A stretch of DNA of 64,000 nucleotides. It comes from Leucoraja ocellata (lineage: Eukaryota). Shown here piece after piece: positions 25,023 to 36,380 of the stretch. A program made the translations under genes and the position numbers. Every line of letters begins with the position of its first letter. Positions within the stretch are counted from its first letter, which is position 1. Below the pieces are notes generated by a model, which had not been told where the DNA came from, did not search any database, and saw only the letters and a list, made by a program, of their open reading frames with translations. The stretch lies in the NCBI GenBank assembly GCA_036785375.1, contig JAWMAR010000391.1:1178001-1242000 (forward strand), read 5' to 3'.

Positions 25023-25994
25023 GTAAGTTATGAAAACATTTTTACTTATGTCCTCATACCTACAATACCTGGCCAGGTGTATCAAAGTGAGTTAAATAAG
25101 TCTTGGATGTCCCAGAAAAAATCCCAGACTTTGCTGATAAAGCTACCTGCTCTTACCCAAGCTGACCTATGGGGAGTCAAAAAAGAGTTGTTATAACTTT
25201 GAATTGCAAAAGGGAAATTATCCAGAGTTTCTTCTTTTAATCACTATACAGCAAATCTTACCCAAACTGCATGCCTGAAGATCATATGAAGATATGCTGG
25301 GCCCATAACCTTCCACCTTAGGCAACAGTACCACTGATAGACTATATTGAAATATAAATATACACCACTTTCCAGATTTTCCACTGTTATTTTTTCTGTC
25401 TGCTTGATTAAAATCACTCATGATTAAATTCTATCATTTCCACAGGTTTTATTTGTGACCTACAGAAAAGTTGAGACATATACAGTAGAAATGACAAATA
25501 CTTGGCCACAGGTATAAACTGAGAGGGGGAAAGTTTAAATGCAATTTACTAGGCAAATACTTTACACAAAGAGTGATGGTGCCTGGACACTGCAGCCAGG
25601 ATAGGTGCTAGAAATAGATATGATAGTAATGTTTAGGAGGCCTTTAGACAGACACCTGAACAGCCAGGGAATAGAGGGATGCAGAGCATGTGCAGACAGA
25701 TGTGATTAGTTTAGATTAGCATCTGGTTTGTACAGGCATGGTGCGCTGAAGAGTACTATTCTATGTTCTGTGATGGTGCCAATCCTTTACAAGAATGATG
25801 ATCTGGCTATTATATGTGTACAGTCAAAAAGACACTTGGGGACACGGGGATTGTAGTTTGCTATTAACTAGTGAAATATCACTTAATTTATATTTGGTTT
25901 CCTTTTTCTGATCTATGAGGATCTGATTAACTGTTCTGCAATGAACTATAGATCAGCTTATCATGGTTGCTCAAACATTGTCTTCCTTTTTCAG

Positions 25995-26148
25995 CAAGCT
26001 GTTTGCTTCAGGAGATTATCTCGCAGCTATAAATGCTTATAATTTGGGAATAAGATTGAACAACAAACTTCCAGCTTTGTATCTAAATCGGGCTGCAACC
26101 CACCTTAAGCTAAGAAATTTACACAAAGCCCTTGAAGACTGTTCCAAG
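25995..26148 (+). CDS. DNAAF4: DNAAF4 coding exon 7 (TPR)
   Basis: [51 protein letters not shown], a TPR segment. CAG acceptor, AAG|GTTAGT donor; 154 nt. Confidence 0.95.
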
Positions 26149-27553
26149 GTTAGTTCTTGCAAATCAGATTCAGAAAAATAGCAAAGATTAATCATGATTC
26201 AGTTCCTATTTAAATTTAGAATCCTGCTCTGTCAACTGAGTTTTCGATTTTGGATTGGTCACAAAAACCCAAGGTTCCTGCATTATTCAACAAAATAAGA
26301 CAGTAAATTTGTTATGCTTTTTATGCTTTTCTGCTCATTTATTTTCCCTTTTGTGTGTTTGTGAATTATATTTCTTTCTCATAGAGGATAGCCTGTAGAT
26401 AACCTATTCATTCCTTCTCATTATGCAGCTCACTACATTGTAAGTGATAATGGCTTCCAGGCAAAAGTGGTCAGGTCCTCTTTAAAATTTGCAGATTAAG
26501 TTCCAATTATGTCAACGGGGCCAGATTTGCTATTTTAACCAGCAGCCTGAGTGTGGGAACAGTAACAAAATATTTGTCAGGTCAGAGAGGAAGAATTGCT
26601 GCTCATAAGAGGCCTGGGAAAGTAAATTCAAAAACATCTTTTACTGTGATTTCTTGCTGACCAAATGGGGCAAAAATACTTATCTGGGTTCCACAAAATA
26701 TTCAGAATCCTTCTAACTACCCATGTGTGCTGAGGCTGGCAATGTTGAATGCTACATGTTAATGGGATTTATCTTTGAAGTGATGCAATACTCTCTGCTC
26801 CTACACATGGTATGACAACTAGATTATTTACAATGCTACATTGCTGCAAGTAAAAACAACTGCTATGTTTGAGTTATTCTGTACAGAAATATCCTCCAAA
26901 AGATAATGCTGGTCGTTGTTGTATATCTTAAAGATGATGAAATCATAAATGTATTTATTGGTTCATTATTATTGCCACACGTGTGATATATATTGAATAA
27001 CTTTATTTTGCATGATATCCAGGCACGAGTACATGAAGTGTAAAAGAGAAAATAAACAGTGCAGAATATACAAAGAACGTGCATATTTATTTTTTTTAAG
27101 TGCAGGGGCCACAGTGTGATAGTTTGGAAGATTGGGAATTCATCCCTAGCAGATACGAGGTCCGTTTAAGCGTCTAATAATAGTGGGGAAGACGCTGTTC
27201 TTGAATCTGGTAATATGTGCTTTCAAGCTTTTGTATGCAATGCCTGATGGGTGAGGGGAGAAGATGGAATGACCGGACACTGAATGGTCCTTGATTATGT
27301 TGGCTACATTCCCAAGGCAGCATGTGAAGTGGCGATTAAGTCAACAGGGGCAGGCTGGTTTGCATGATGGACTGGGCTGCATTGACTATACTGCAATTTC
27401 TTGAAGTCTTGGACAAAGCAATTATTTAAACTCTACCATTCTTCTCTCAAGACTTAAAAAATTAGAAATTTAGAAAATAAATTTTTGAAACTTTAAAAGC
27501 CATCTATTTCTTAGCTCCAGTTTAAATTTTGAATAGTTTTTTCTTTCTCATAG

Positions 27554-27659
27554 GCACTTGATTTATTAACTCCTGCAGTTCCAGACAATGCTGATAGCAG
27601 ATTGAAGGCCCATGTTAGAAGAGGGACAGCATTTTGTGAGTTGGAATTGTATGTGGAGG
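27554..27659 (+). CDS. DNAAF4: DNAAF4 coding exon 8 (TPR)
   Basis: [38 protein letters not shown] acceptor, G|GTAAGA donor; 106 nt. Confidence 0.95.
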
Positions 27660-28102
27660 GTAAGAGGATCTTTTTTAATTTAAGTGTATTAAATTTGTGT
27701 TGACATATTCAGTTAGAAATATTGGATACTACCGTAAACATTTACTTGCATTAGTGATCACTTTTTCAATAATTTTTCCTCTTTACCTTTCCTTTTATAA
27801 AGTAGTGTTGTAACTTGTGAGGACTAATGTCTGTGAGGATGATAGATGTGACATAGCCAAGGTTTAATGTCATTGCTGAGTGACAATGGAACGCATCTAT
27901 CTGGGGCTGCTTGTTGAACTAGAAATGTAACCCAGATTATTTTTTCCCTTTTCCTTGCCCAAGATGACTGAAGCTCCCTCATTATCAATAATTGGTTTTG
28001 TAAGCGAGTCTATTCTAGTGATCCAAGGTCGACGGTTCTTGAAGTCTTGGTATATACATTATTTTTATTTTTCAGCTGATGCTTTAATTTGTACTTTGAC
28101 AG

Positions 28103-28212
28103 GTCTTCAAGATTATGAAGCAGCTCTCAAGATTAAGCCAAGCAACACTACAATACGAGCGGATGCAGAGAAGATCCGTCGAGTGATTCAAGGAAATCCT
28201 CCTGAACCGTGA
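28103..28212 (+). CDS. DNAAF4: DNAAF4 last coding exon
   Basis: (G)[35 protein letters not shown]-stop. The nine exons sum to 1281 nt (426 aa plus stop) with consistent phases. Confidence 0.95.
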
Positions 28213-28868
28213 AGGCAATATGAAAAATGCCTCGGATTAATAGATAGTTAACTATCATATTTCTATCTTTTTCATTTTTGTTAAGACTTACAAAGATTTG
28301 TAATTCATGACAGCATCAAAACCAGGCATCTTTTGACTTTCTCAGACAATAATGTTTAAATAAGATGGTCAGCATTCAATATTGGTGCTATTCTACTTGC
28401 ATGAAGTAAAGTTGAATGCTATTTTGGATTCAGGAACATTCATTTGCGAGCTGAGCATTGACTAGGTAGAGTGAAGGAGATGTATTTCTATTCCTTTATC
28501 TAAGTAAGATTGCCGGTTACCATGTTGCCACCAAAAAACAAGTTTTTTAAGAATAATCACACATTTTGTTACACTTTCCAGATCTCAGATTTTCATGCAC
28601 CGGGGACCTTATTTTTCACTCTTCCAATGCACAGAGGAGGAATTATTTGTTTTCTCGGTCAATATGTTGCACAAGAAACTTACTACAGAAACTAGTTCAG
28701 CACTTTTTGGGACCAAATAAGACCTGGGTTCAATCATGACCTGTCTGTGAGGAGGTTGCACGTTCCCCCTTTGACTTCCTGGTTTCTCCCGGTGTTCCAT
28801 TTTCCTTCCATCACTCAAAAACGTACAAGTTGGTTGGTTAGTTGGTTGCTGTAAATTATCAATATTGT

Positions 28869-29088
28869 GTAGACAAAAAATGCAGGAGTAACTCAGCAGG
28901 TCAGGCAGCATCTCTGGAGAAAAGGAATAGCTGGTGTTTTGGGTCAAGATCCTTCTTCAGATCCTGATGAAGAGTCTTGACCCAAAACGTCACCTATTCC
29001 TTTTCTTCCGAGATGCAGTCCGACCTGCGGAGTTACTCCAGCATTTTGTGTCCGTCTGCAGTGTAAACCAGCATCTGCAGTTCCTTCT
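28869..29088. mobile_element. Inverted pair of Penelope-like repeats joined at their hammerhead-like ends, downstream of the DNAAF4 stop
   Basis: A minus copy ending CCTTCTTCAG abuts a plus copy CTGATGAAGAGTCTTGACCCAAAACGTC at 28964. Confidence 0.7.
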
Positions 29089-31524
29089 TGCGCCTATTGT
29101 GCAGTATAGGTGTAATAAGTAGAATTCTATTGAGTAGAATCCGAGGGTAGAGAGGGCTGATTGGATTTTGTAGAGAATTAAATACACTAGGATTAGTAGA
29201 ATTGGGTGCTTGGTGGTTGGCACAGACTCAATGGGCCAAAGGGTCTGTTTCTGTGCTGTGGCTATTTTACCCTAAGAGTCAAATCGTTAATGTTTCCTGT
29301 TCATTTTTGGCATTTTTGTGAGCAGTCTAAGATGCTTCTGATATTTGCCAAACAACAATAAATGTTCATAAAGTTTTGGAATACCCTATAATTTGATATT
29401 TTACCACCCGAGAAATTGAAATAGATGAATAATGCAACAATGGCGCATTTAGTAAATTTGAATAATTCAACTAAATGCAAACTATATTTAAGTCGTATAT
29501 TATATTTTAAAATAAATAAATGTTATAAAGTCTTGAAAGATGTTGCAAAGTCTTTCTGAAAATACCCACTCAGTATACTTTGGAATGGGTAAATGGAGAA
29601 AGATACTGTCTATAATATATTGTCATGTTCTTTTAGGAGTCTTTTTAAACACAAAATGTTAAATCAATTAAATATTTATTTTGTTTGAAAGGAGAATCCT
29701 GTAATATATGAATGAATATAAATAGTAAAACAGTGTTAAAAGACAAGGATAGAAGACTGAAATTAACTCAACTGTCAGCTATGTTTTCGACACGATAGAA
29801 GTATTCGATAAGCAATAAAAGCATTGCGGACAAATAGTTGAAGACGTAAATTAAAGGTTAGACCAACACCAATGCAGACAATATAACTCTTGGTGGATTT
29901 AAGGTGTTCAGGCTTTATTTTAAAATAATCTATTAATAGTCAAAATGCCATAATGGCCCTGCATTTTTCAAAAGTATATCCAAGATATAACCTGAAGTAT
30001 TTTATTGATAAATATAATTTTATATTGAACTGAACCAAAAAAAAAATCATGATTTGGTAATATTACAATAAACTATTATGTAAGAATTGCACTTTCAGTA
30101 CCTCCTGTCAGACAATGTTAATGGAAGCCAACCTTTCCTTTGCAGCCATTTTTGAATATATTGTTTTAGTTAATCTCCTTTTAAACTGAGAAATATAAGG
30201 CAACAAAAAATACATTGCTCCAAAAAAATTATTGGAGCCCTTACAATAACATCAAAGAGTTGGTTCTTAAACCATAAAATGCTGTAAACACTTGGCAGCT
30301 TAGATTGCATCAGTGGGAAAAGAAACAAGAGCTAGGTTTCATGTCAGAGACACTTCATCAGAACTGGTAAGGAGACAAAAGAAGTTTGTTAAGTTGGGGG
30401 GGGGGGGGGGGGGCAGGGAGACATATCTGATAGCATAAAACTAGAGTGACCATGGGGATAAACTGTAAACACGGTTATCTGGCCAATGAGTCAACGAGAA
30501 TAATTAGAGAATTACCGCATAGACAAAAGAATACAAGAGTTATAAAGAGTTAGTGCTTGGACTCGGTGATGAAGCTCCTTTTGTTGGGAAGGCAAAGTTC
30601 TTTATTTCTCGGTAGGTTGAGTTGCATTGCACTCATGCGATTGGCACTAATCTGAAGCCAGAGGCTGCCATGTTCCTTAATCCAAACTGGACATTTTCAC
30701 TTGTTTTTACCTCAGAAAAGGTTCAGCATACAACTGCAGAGGCACTTCTTCAGGATTAAAAGTTTCAAATCTTTGGAGAATGCCTGGCCAAAATATGCAG
30801 CTGTCTAAATCAAATTGACATAGTGATTCACTCAAAATCACTATGGCAATTTATGTCTAACTTTGAAATCACTGGAATCCACGCCAAGAGAATTGGGAAC
30901 TGCTATAAAGCTATACCGTTTGTTTTGTTGCAATTTTGCAGTGTGAATGATAGATGGAATTAGAAATCAAACACTAAACAAATGGCTGGAAAAGGCAGAA
31001 GAGCAATAAATGACAGTCAGCACACTTGGCTCTGCTCCTCTTGTCAGGTGTAAGAGACCAGATTTGTAGCCATGTCCCCCTGACGACTGTTTGCAAGAAA
31101 GATGTCCAACTGTAAGCCCCTCTCAGAACACGTGGAAGAGCAAAAAAAAAAAAACGCCCAGGAAGTATTGGAAGTACTAGGACAAGAGGAGAGTGATAAA
31201 TATTTTACCATTAAAGTTTGATCATGATCTGGAACTCACTACCGGGAAGGATAGCAACTTTTATCGTATTTAAATGTCCTTGGACATGTGCCAGGAGAAC
31301 CTGATCTCAAGGCAAGAGACTAAAGGATGTACTGAAGGATTCGACTGATGAAAAAGACGCGCTGAATAGCCTAGGGTTTTAAATTTTCCATGATTCGATT
31401 CGTTTATCTGCAAATGTAAAATGCTAAATGCATGCAAATGGAAAAAAAAGTCACAGTAAAGGTCTGAAATAAAAACTATATTATAGACGGGCATATTACC
31501 ACAGAAAATTATTTTTAAATAAGC

Positions 31525-31793
31525 NNNNNNNNNNNNNNNNNNNNNNNNNNNNNNNNNNNNNNNNNNNNNNNNNNNNNNNNNNNNNNNNNNNNNNNNNNNN
31601 NNNNNNNNNNNNNNNNNNNNNNNNNNNNNNNNNNNNNNNNNNNNNNNNNNNNNNNNNNNNNNNNNNNNNNNNNNNNNNNNNNNNNNNNNNNNNNNNNNNN
31701 NNNNNNNNNNNNNNNNNNNNNNNNNNNNNNNNNNNNNNNNNNNNNNNNNNNNNNNNNNNNNNNNNNNNNNNNNNNNNNNNNNNNNNNNNNNNN
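31525..31793. other. Assembly gap (269 N)
   Basis: Run of N about 100 bp downstream of the PIERCE2 stop. Confidence 1.
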
Positions 31794-31899
31794 GTTATAT
31801 ACCATTCTCTTCCAAAATCTGCCATTGAAAGAAAAAGGGAACATTTGTCTTCACTGTCTTACTATAGTAACTAATACAGAAATGTACGGGGGCAGAAAG

Positions 31900-32868
31900 T
31901 CAAAGCGCGAGTAAATCGTGAATTCTCTTCTTATCCGACGTAGTGTTCAGGGAGCCGTTACGATACATCCCACCGGCTTGGAGCGCCTGCGAGAACGACT
32001 GCGACAGCGGTTTGTAGACAGAGGGTGCAATGTCACAAGTCGGCTCATTGGATCCATAATCGGCAGAGGTTGTTCTGAACAGCGGATTCTGGGGTTTCAC
32101 GAATGGAGCCGGGGATTGTGGCGACGTTGGGATCTTTTCCATGCAGGAAAAGACAGGGTTTCCAGGGTTCGCACAGGGAATCCACAGCTTATTTTTATCC
32201 TTTGTCGTTGGAGGGCGGACGGGAATAGGATCGTCGCATCTCGTTTCCTTTTTATCCTCAACATGTGGAGCATAGGATTGCGTGAGATCACCACTTGCGT
32301 CTTTGCAATCAAGGCCTGGTTTTACGTCGTGACATATGGAATCCAATGGAACTATTAAAGAAGTGGAAGGGTTGAAATCATCACGCAACGTATCTCCCAA
32401 AGGCTCCCCTGGAGTGAAACAGTAGTTGTCACAGATGGAGTCCTTAATGCAACCAACAGCTGGAGCGATAGGTGTGCTGAAGTCGTCGCAGACTGAGGTT
32501 CTAAATCCATCCATTCCAGTGTTTGGCGCACAGGGATCATCATACGCGGAGTAATCGAACTCCGCCTTTGGAGCAACGGGTCGATTGTTCGCTTCGCACT
32601 CTTCAGATTCATTATTTGGGATGGGTAGCGGGTTTTGACCATCACAAGTCACAGCATCAGAATCGGGCTTTGAAGCGATGAACTGGTTGAGACAGTCGAA
32701 CTCGCTGTCCTGAAGCAGGGCCGTACGAGTCGGAGATGAATTGAGATCCTTCGGCGGCTCATTAGATTCCGGCTTTGGAACAAAGGGCTGCTTGAAGTTG
32801 AAGTCGTCACATTCTGGTTCTTTGAACTGGACCCTTCGAGCAGGCGATGGGACGTGACAGTCAGCCAT
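31900..32868 (-). CDS. PIERCE2: PIERCE2/C15orf65-family protein (piercer of microtubule wall), single coding exon, 322 aa with long N-terminal extension
   Basis: First ATG at 32868 sits in a strong Kozak context (ACCATGG). The C-terminal ~92 aa (PCANPGNPVFSCM...KPQNPLFRTTSADYG...YKPLSQSFS...GMYRNGSLNT) match recalled C15orf65 motifs. It lies tail-to-tail with DNAAF4 and head-to-head with CCPG1, as in human. Confidence 0.88.
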   Translation of the reverse strand: MADCHVPSPARRVQFKEPECDDFNFKQPFVPKPESNEPPKDLNSSPTRTALLQDSEFDCLNQFIASKPDSDAVTCDGQNPLPIPNNESEECEANNRPVAPKAEFDYSAYDDPCAPNTGMDGFRTSVCDDFSTPIAPAVGCIKDSICDNYCFTPGEPLGDTLRDDFNPSTSLIVPLDSICHDVKPGLDCKDASGDLTQSYAPHVEDKKETRCDDPIPVRPPTTKDKNKLWIPCANPGNPVFSCMEKIPTSPQSPAPFVKPQNPLFRTTSADYGSNEPTCDIAPSVYKPLSQSFSQALQAGGMYRNGSLNTTSDKKRIHDLLAL

Positions 32869-33015
32869 GGTGATGCGGTGCGATCTTCTTCTCTTACCGA
32901 GGGCTTTCTCCGGCGCCCTGCCGACCACAGGCGGGCCAGTGGGTTCCCTCGCCGAGTAATGGCTCCTCACTCCGGCGCCTCTGTCCCTAATTGCCCCACT
33001 TGCTCCGTTCTAAGC

Positions 33016-33075
33016 TCCCACTCTCTGTCCCACTCTCTGTCCCACTCTCTGTCCCACGCTCTGTCCCCCACTCGC
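33016..33075. repeat. 12-bp minisatellite (TCCCACTCTCTG) x4-5
   Basis: Three exact units followed by degenerate ones, between the PIERCE2 ATG and the X-box. Confidence 0.9.
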
Positions 33076-33299
33076 TCCCCCCCCCTGCTTTGTTGTGGCA
33101 GCATTGCCTTGGTAACCACGCCGGATTGGGTTGTTCGAAGGCGACGTGTTACGCTGCGGACGCGCCGCGCGCTGCATTCTGGGCGGCGCAGTCCGGTGAC
33201 GCGGCGGCCCCGGCGCTGACCAAAGATCTTTGGCGCTGACTTCGAGACGCGGGACTACAAGTCCCACAATGCGGCGCGGCCTCGTGGTGCTTGTGTTGA

Positions 33300-33411
33300 C
33301 GCTTCGCTCGGCGTCGTCACTGCTCGTCAGTCAAAACATCACAAGGGCCGGGTGTGGATGGTGGTTTTAACCGGTACACAGCGTGAGGCACCTCCGGCTG
33401 AGGGGAGGCAG
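33300..33411 (+). other. CCPG1: Probable CCPG1 non-coding first exon (start approximate)
   Basis: Strong donor CAG|GTAAGG at 33411/33412 inside the CpG island. The ATG-containing exon has its own acceptor at 42593, which requires an upstream UTR exon. Confidence 0.6.
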
Positions 33412-35522
33412 GTAAGGCCGCCGCCTCCGGGCGTCCGGGGGCCCCGCGTGCAAACGCGTCGCTGTCCATCGGGGCGGACAGTCCAGCGATGTCCCGGGGC
33501 CGATCGCCGGCGCTGCCCCTGGATGTGAATCGCAGCCGGGCAGGGCAGGGCAGGGCCTCTCGTCTACATGTCCAGCCTTCGCTCTTGTCCTTGCCACCCT
33601 CTCAGCCCAGGGGGCAGGGTGTTTCCCCAACAGCTTGACCCCCACCTCTCCACAGTGCGACCCTGCCCACACCGGCCACATTTGTCAACCGGTGTTATTT
33701 GAGGCGGAGGCGAGGACTTCCGAGCTCCTGGCGCACTCACCGTCAATAGCGCTGTGGGTTGCGCAGGTTCTAATACAGCAATTATTGATGGATCAGGATA
33801 TTGTCAAAAATTAGGAAATCAAGCATATTGATAGTGTATGTTATCAAGGGTGTTGCTCTGAGCGCAATCCTTTGCGATAAGGCCAAACTATGTGGCAATA
33901 ATAGGCATTTATCTTATAGTATATCTTTGTTTCAAATGTTAAGTACGGTACATAGAAAGAACGATTTCCGCATTTCATAATTTTTTTAAGCCAGCGTTAT
34001 TGGAAATAAGCTATTGCATTATCTATTTCTGCAATCCACAGCTCGCCAACGAAACTTCTTCATTAACACTTTTCCACCTGTAGTTTAGCAATATTTATAT
34101 TTTCCACAATGGCACAATTGAAATTGATAAATGGAGTCAAAGATTAGCTATGTGAATTATCTCCATGGACTGGTGGCGGCGAGATATTATCTCGTTATTT
34201 TGATTTTTTGCCCAGACTGAGAAAAGTCTGGTTGGCATTTTCATTTTCATGGTCTTCAGTCCTGCCAACAACAAATCCATATTTGGTTTTCTTTTACACA
34301 ATTAGATGACTTATTTCGCTGGTTAAAACAATTTAACCAACTTCACTGTGTTACTCAAATTTCCTGCATTGATGCTGCAAAGTAGGTATAAATTAACAAT
34401 GTTGAGTATATGTATATGTATATATTCAGGGCTAAGATGGAAGTTTGGAGATTTAAGGATGTTTGTGTGATAAGGAAAGAACTTGGATGAGTTAGAACAT
34501 CATTTTGAAGAATGGCAAAGAAGGCTTTCAAAAACCTGTGGCCTATTGTTTTGATTTGTAATATTGTTGTTTTAACAGTAAACAGTTTTCTTAGTTTACC
34601 TTGCTCATACCTTCCTTCCTTTATCATTTTAGAATCCTAATCCCTATTCTTTTGTTTTGTTTGGGATTTATAGAGATTGTAATTTGCATATAACCATAGA
34701 GCTACCTGTACCATAATATAAGTTAATGCAAGAAACGTTCCTCCATAGTAGAGGTAGGTAAAATTAGAGGACACATACTTAGTCAAAAAACAACCTGCTT
34801 GACGAACTCTGGGCCAGACAGCATCTGTGGAAGGAATGGAAAATGATTTGGGTCAGGTCCCTTAGTAAGGGGGAAGAACACTGGAAAAGTGAGGTGGGGA
34901 GGGGCAAAGCCTGAGAAGTGATAGGTGGATACAGGTGAGGAGAGTGATGGGCAGATGAATGGACAATGGATAGATGTGAAAAGGAGACAAAAGGATATCG
35001 GATAAAGAGGAGGTGGTGAAAAATGTGAAGCGGGAGGGAGAAGGATATGGATGGGATGGGGAAGAGGAGTGAAAGTAGGTGGGTAAAAAGAAAATGTGGG
35101 ACTCGGAGATGGGAGATGAAGGTGCCTGGATGGGCTTCCTCTGTCCCCACTCTGGAGTGCACACATTTCTCAACCCCGTCTCTATGCTCATTTGGAAATG
35201 GGAGCAATGTTTTTATTTAAAAAGCAAGGCTGATCATTGGAGGAAACCAACTTTAAAAACAGGCACACTAGTGAAAAGTTAGAAAAATGCGGATGTGAAA
35301 AATGAAGACCATACAAGACAAGAAATGAAACTAGAATTTAAAATGCAGTTTTAATTTTAAAAGAAACCTATTGACACATTGATGTTCTGTACTTTAATGC
35401 CCATTTTTAGTTTTTATTCTATTTTATATTCTCATTTTGACTTGTTTGTGTTTCCTTCACCCTCTTTTGTGTTTTTTCTGCTTAATCCTTCGATTCACTT
35501 AGTGGTTGAGAACAACTTTTAG

Positions 35523-36380
35523 AATAATAATAATAATAATAATAATAATATTTATTTATATAGCACTTTTCAACAAAACCAGTATTTGAACCAAAGTGCT
35601 TTACAGAGATTGATTAAATTAATTGAACAGATCAATGCAATAAATCCATACAAATCAAAAAAAGAGAAAAAAGAGAAAAAGAAAAAAGACACAGAAACAG
35701 TACACTATAGAAATCAACATGAAACGTCCCCCCACAGCAGAATTCACTGTGAGGGAAGGCACCAAAAATATCCAGTTCTCCCCCTCATAGACCACCCGAG
35801 GTCGGGGCCTATATCTGGCCTCCTCAGCCAACCCGGTATCTTCAGGCCCTCTTGCCGCGAAGCTGGATCATCGGCGTCGGTGAACGTCCATCAGCGGCCA
35901 GGACTGAAGCGGCCGCTTCCCCCCCGAAGACTGCAACGACCAGAGTTCACAGGCCGCGCCGGCCGAACCCGATCTCGGATCCCAGGCTCCGCGGTGCCGT
36001 CGACGGTCACAGTGCCCCGGAGCTTACCGCAAGGCGACCCGGTAAGGCATCGCCCGCTCCTTGTAGATGTCCCAGCATCTACACCGCCGTCGAAGCTGCA
36101 GTCCCCGCAGGAAACGCCGCTCCAGCGCTGCTCCAGTTCGACTAGGCCGCACAGAGAGGACGAAGATGCGGTTCGGAGAAAAACCGCATCTCCGACCAGG
36201 TAGAACTGGGGTTAAAATAGTTTCCCCCTTCCCCTCCCCCACCCACCACATAAAAGAAGACCTCCAATAAACATTTCATACGAACAGGACTAAAAATAAA
36301 AATAAAAAAGGGTGAAAGGACGGACAGCAGGAGGAGCGGCCATACACAACGGCGCATCACCCCCGCTGTCCGCCATCTTG
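35523..36380 (-). mobile_element. Young non-autonomous LINE-derived retroelement with (TTA)n tail
   Basis: Minus strand starts CAAGATGGCGG, has a CpG-rich body, and ends AAAGCACTTTGG...GTGCTATATAAATAAATATTATTATT. No RT coding sequence seen. Confidence 0.65.

Larger units (their letters stand above)
32700..33760. promoter_or_regulatory. CpG island / bidirectional promoter of PIERCE2 (-) and CCPG1 (+)
   Basis: Dense CpG. ACTACAAGTCCCACAATGC (33254-33272; ZNF143/THAP11-type motif), X-box-like ATTGCCTTGGTAAC (33103-33116), reverse CCAAT (33125-33129), and TGACG/CGTCA half-sites at 33197, 33297, 33315 and 33325. Confidence 0.8.

Noticed and set aside
31496-31844. ORFs containing X runs
   Set aside because: Artefacts of the N gap.
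32869-32970. Extra 34 codons of the listed 356-aa PIERCE2 ORF
   Set aside because: Begins at GTG. The first ATG at 32868 has an optimal Kozak context, so this segment is treated as 5' UTR.
33016-33075. CRISPR-like array
   Set aside because: Simple head-to-tail 12-mer minisatellite with no spacers, in a eukaryotic context.
35586-36203. 205-aa plus-strand ORF
   Set aside because: Lies antisense within a GC-rich retroelement, has a non-ATG start and low-complexity R/P/S composition.
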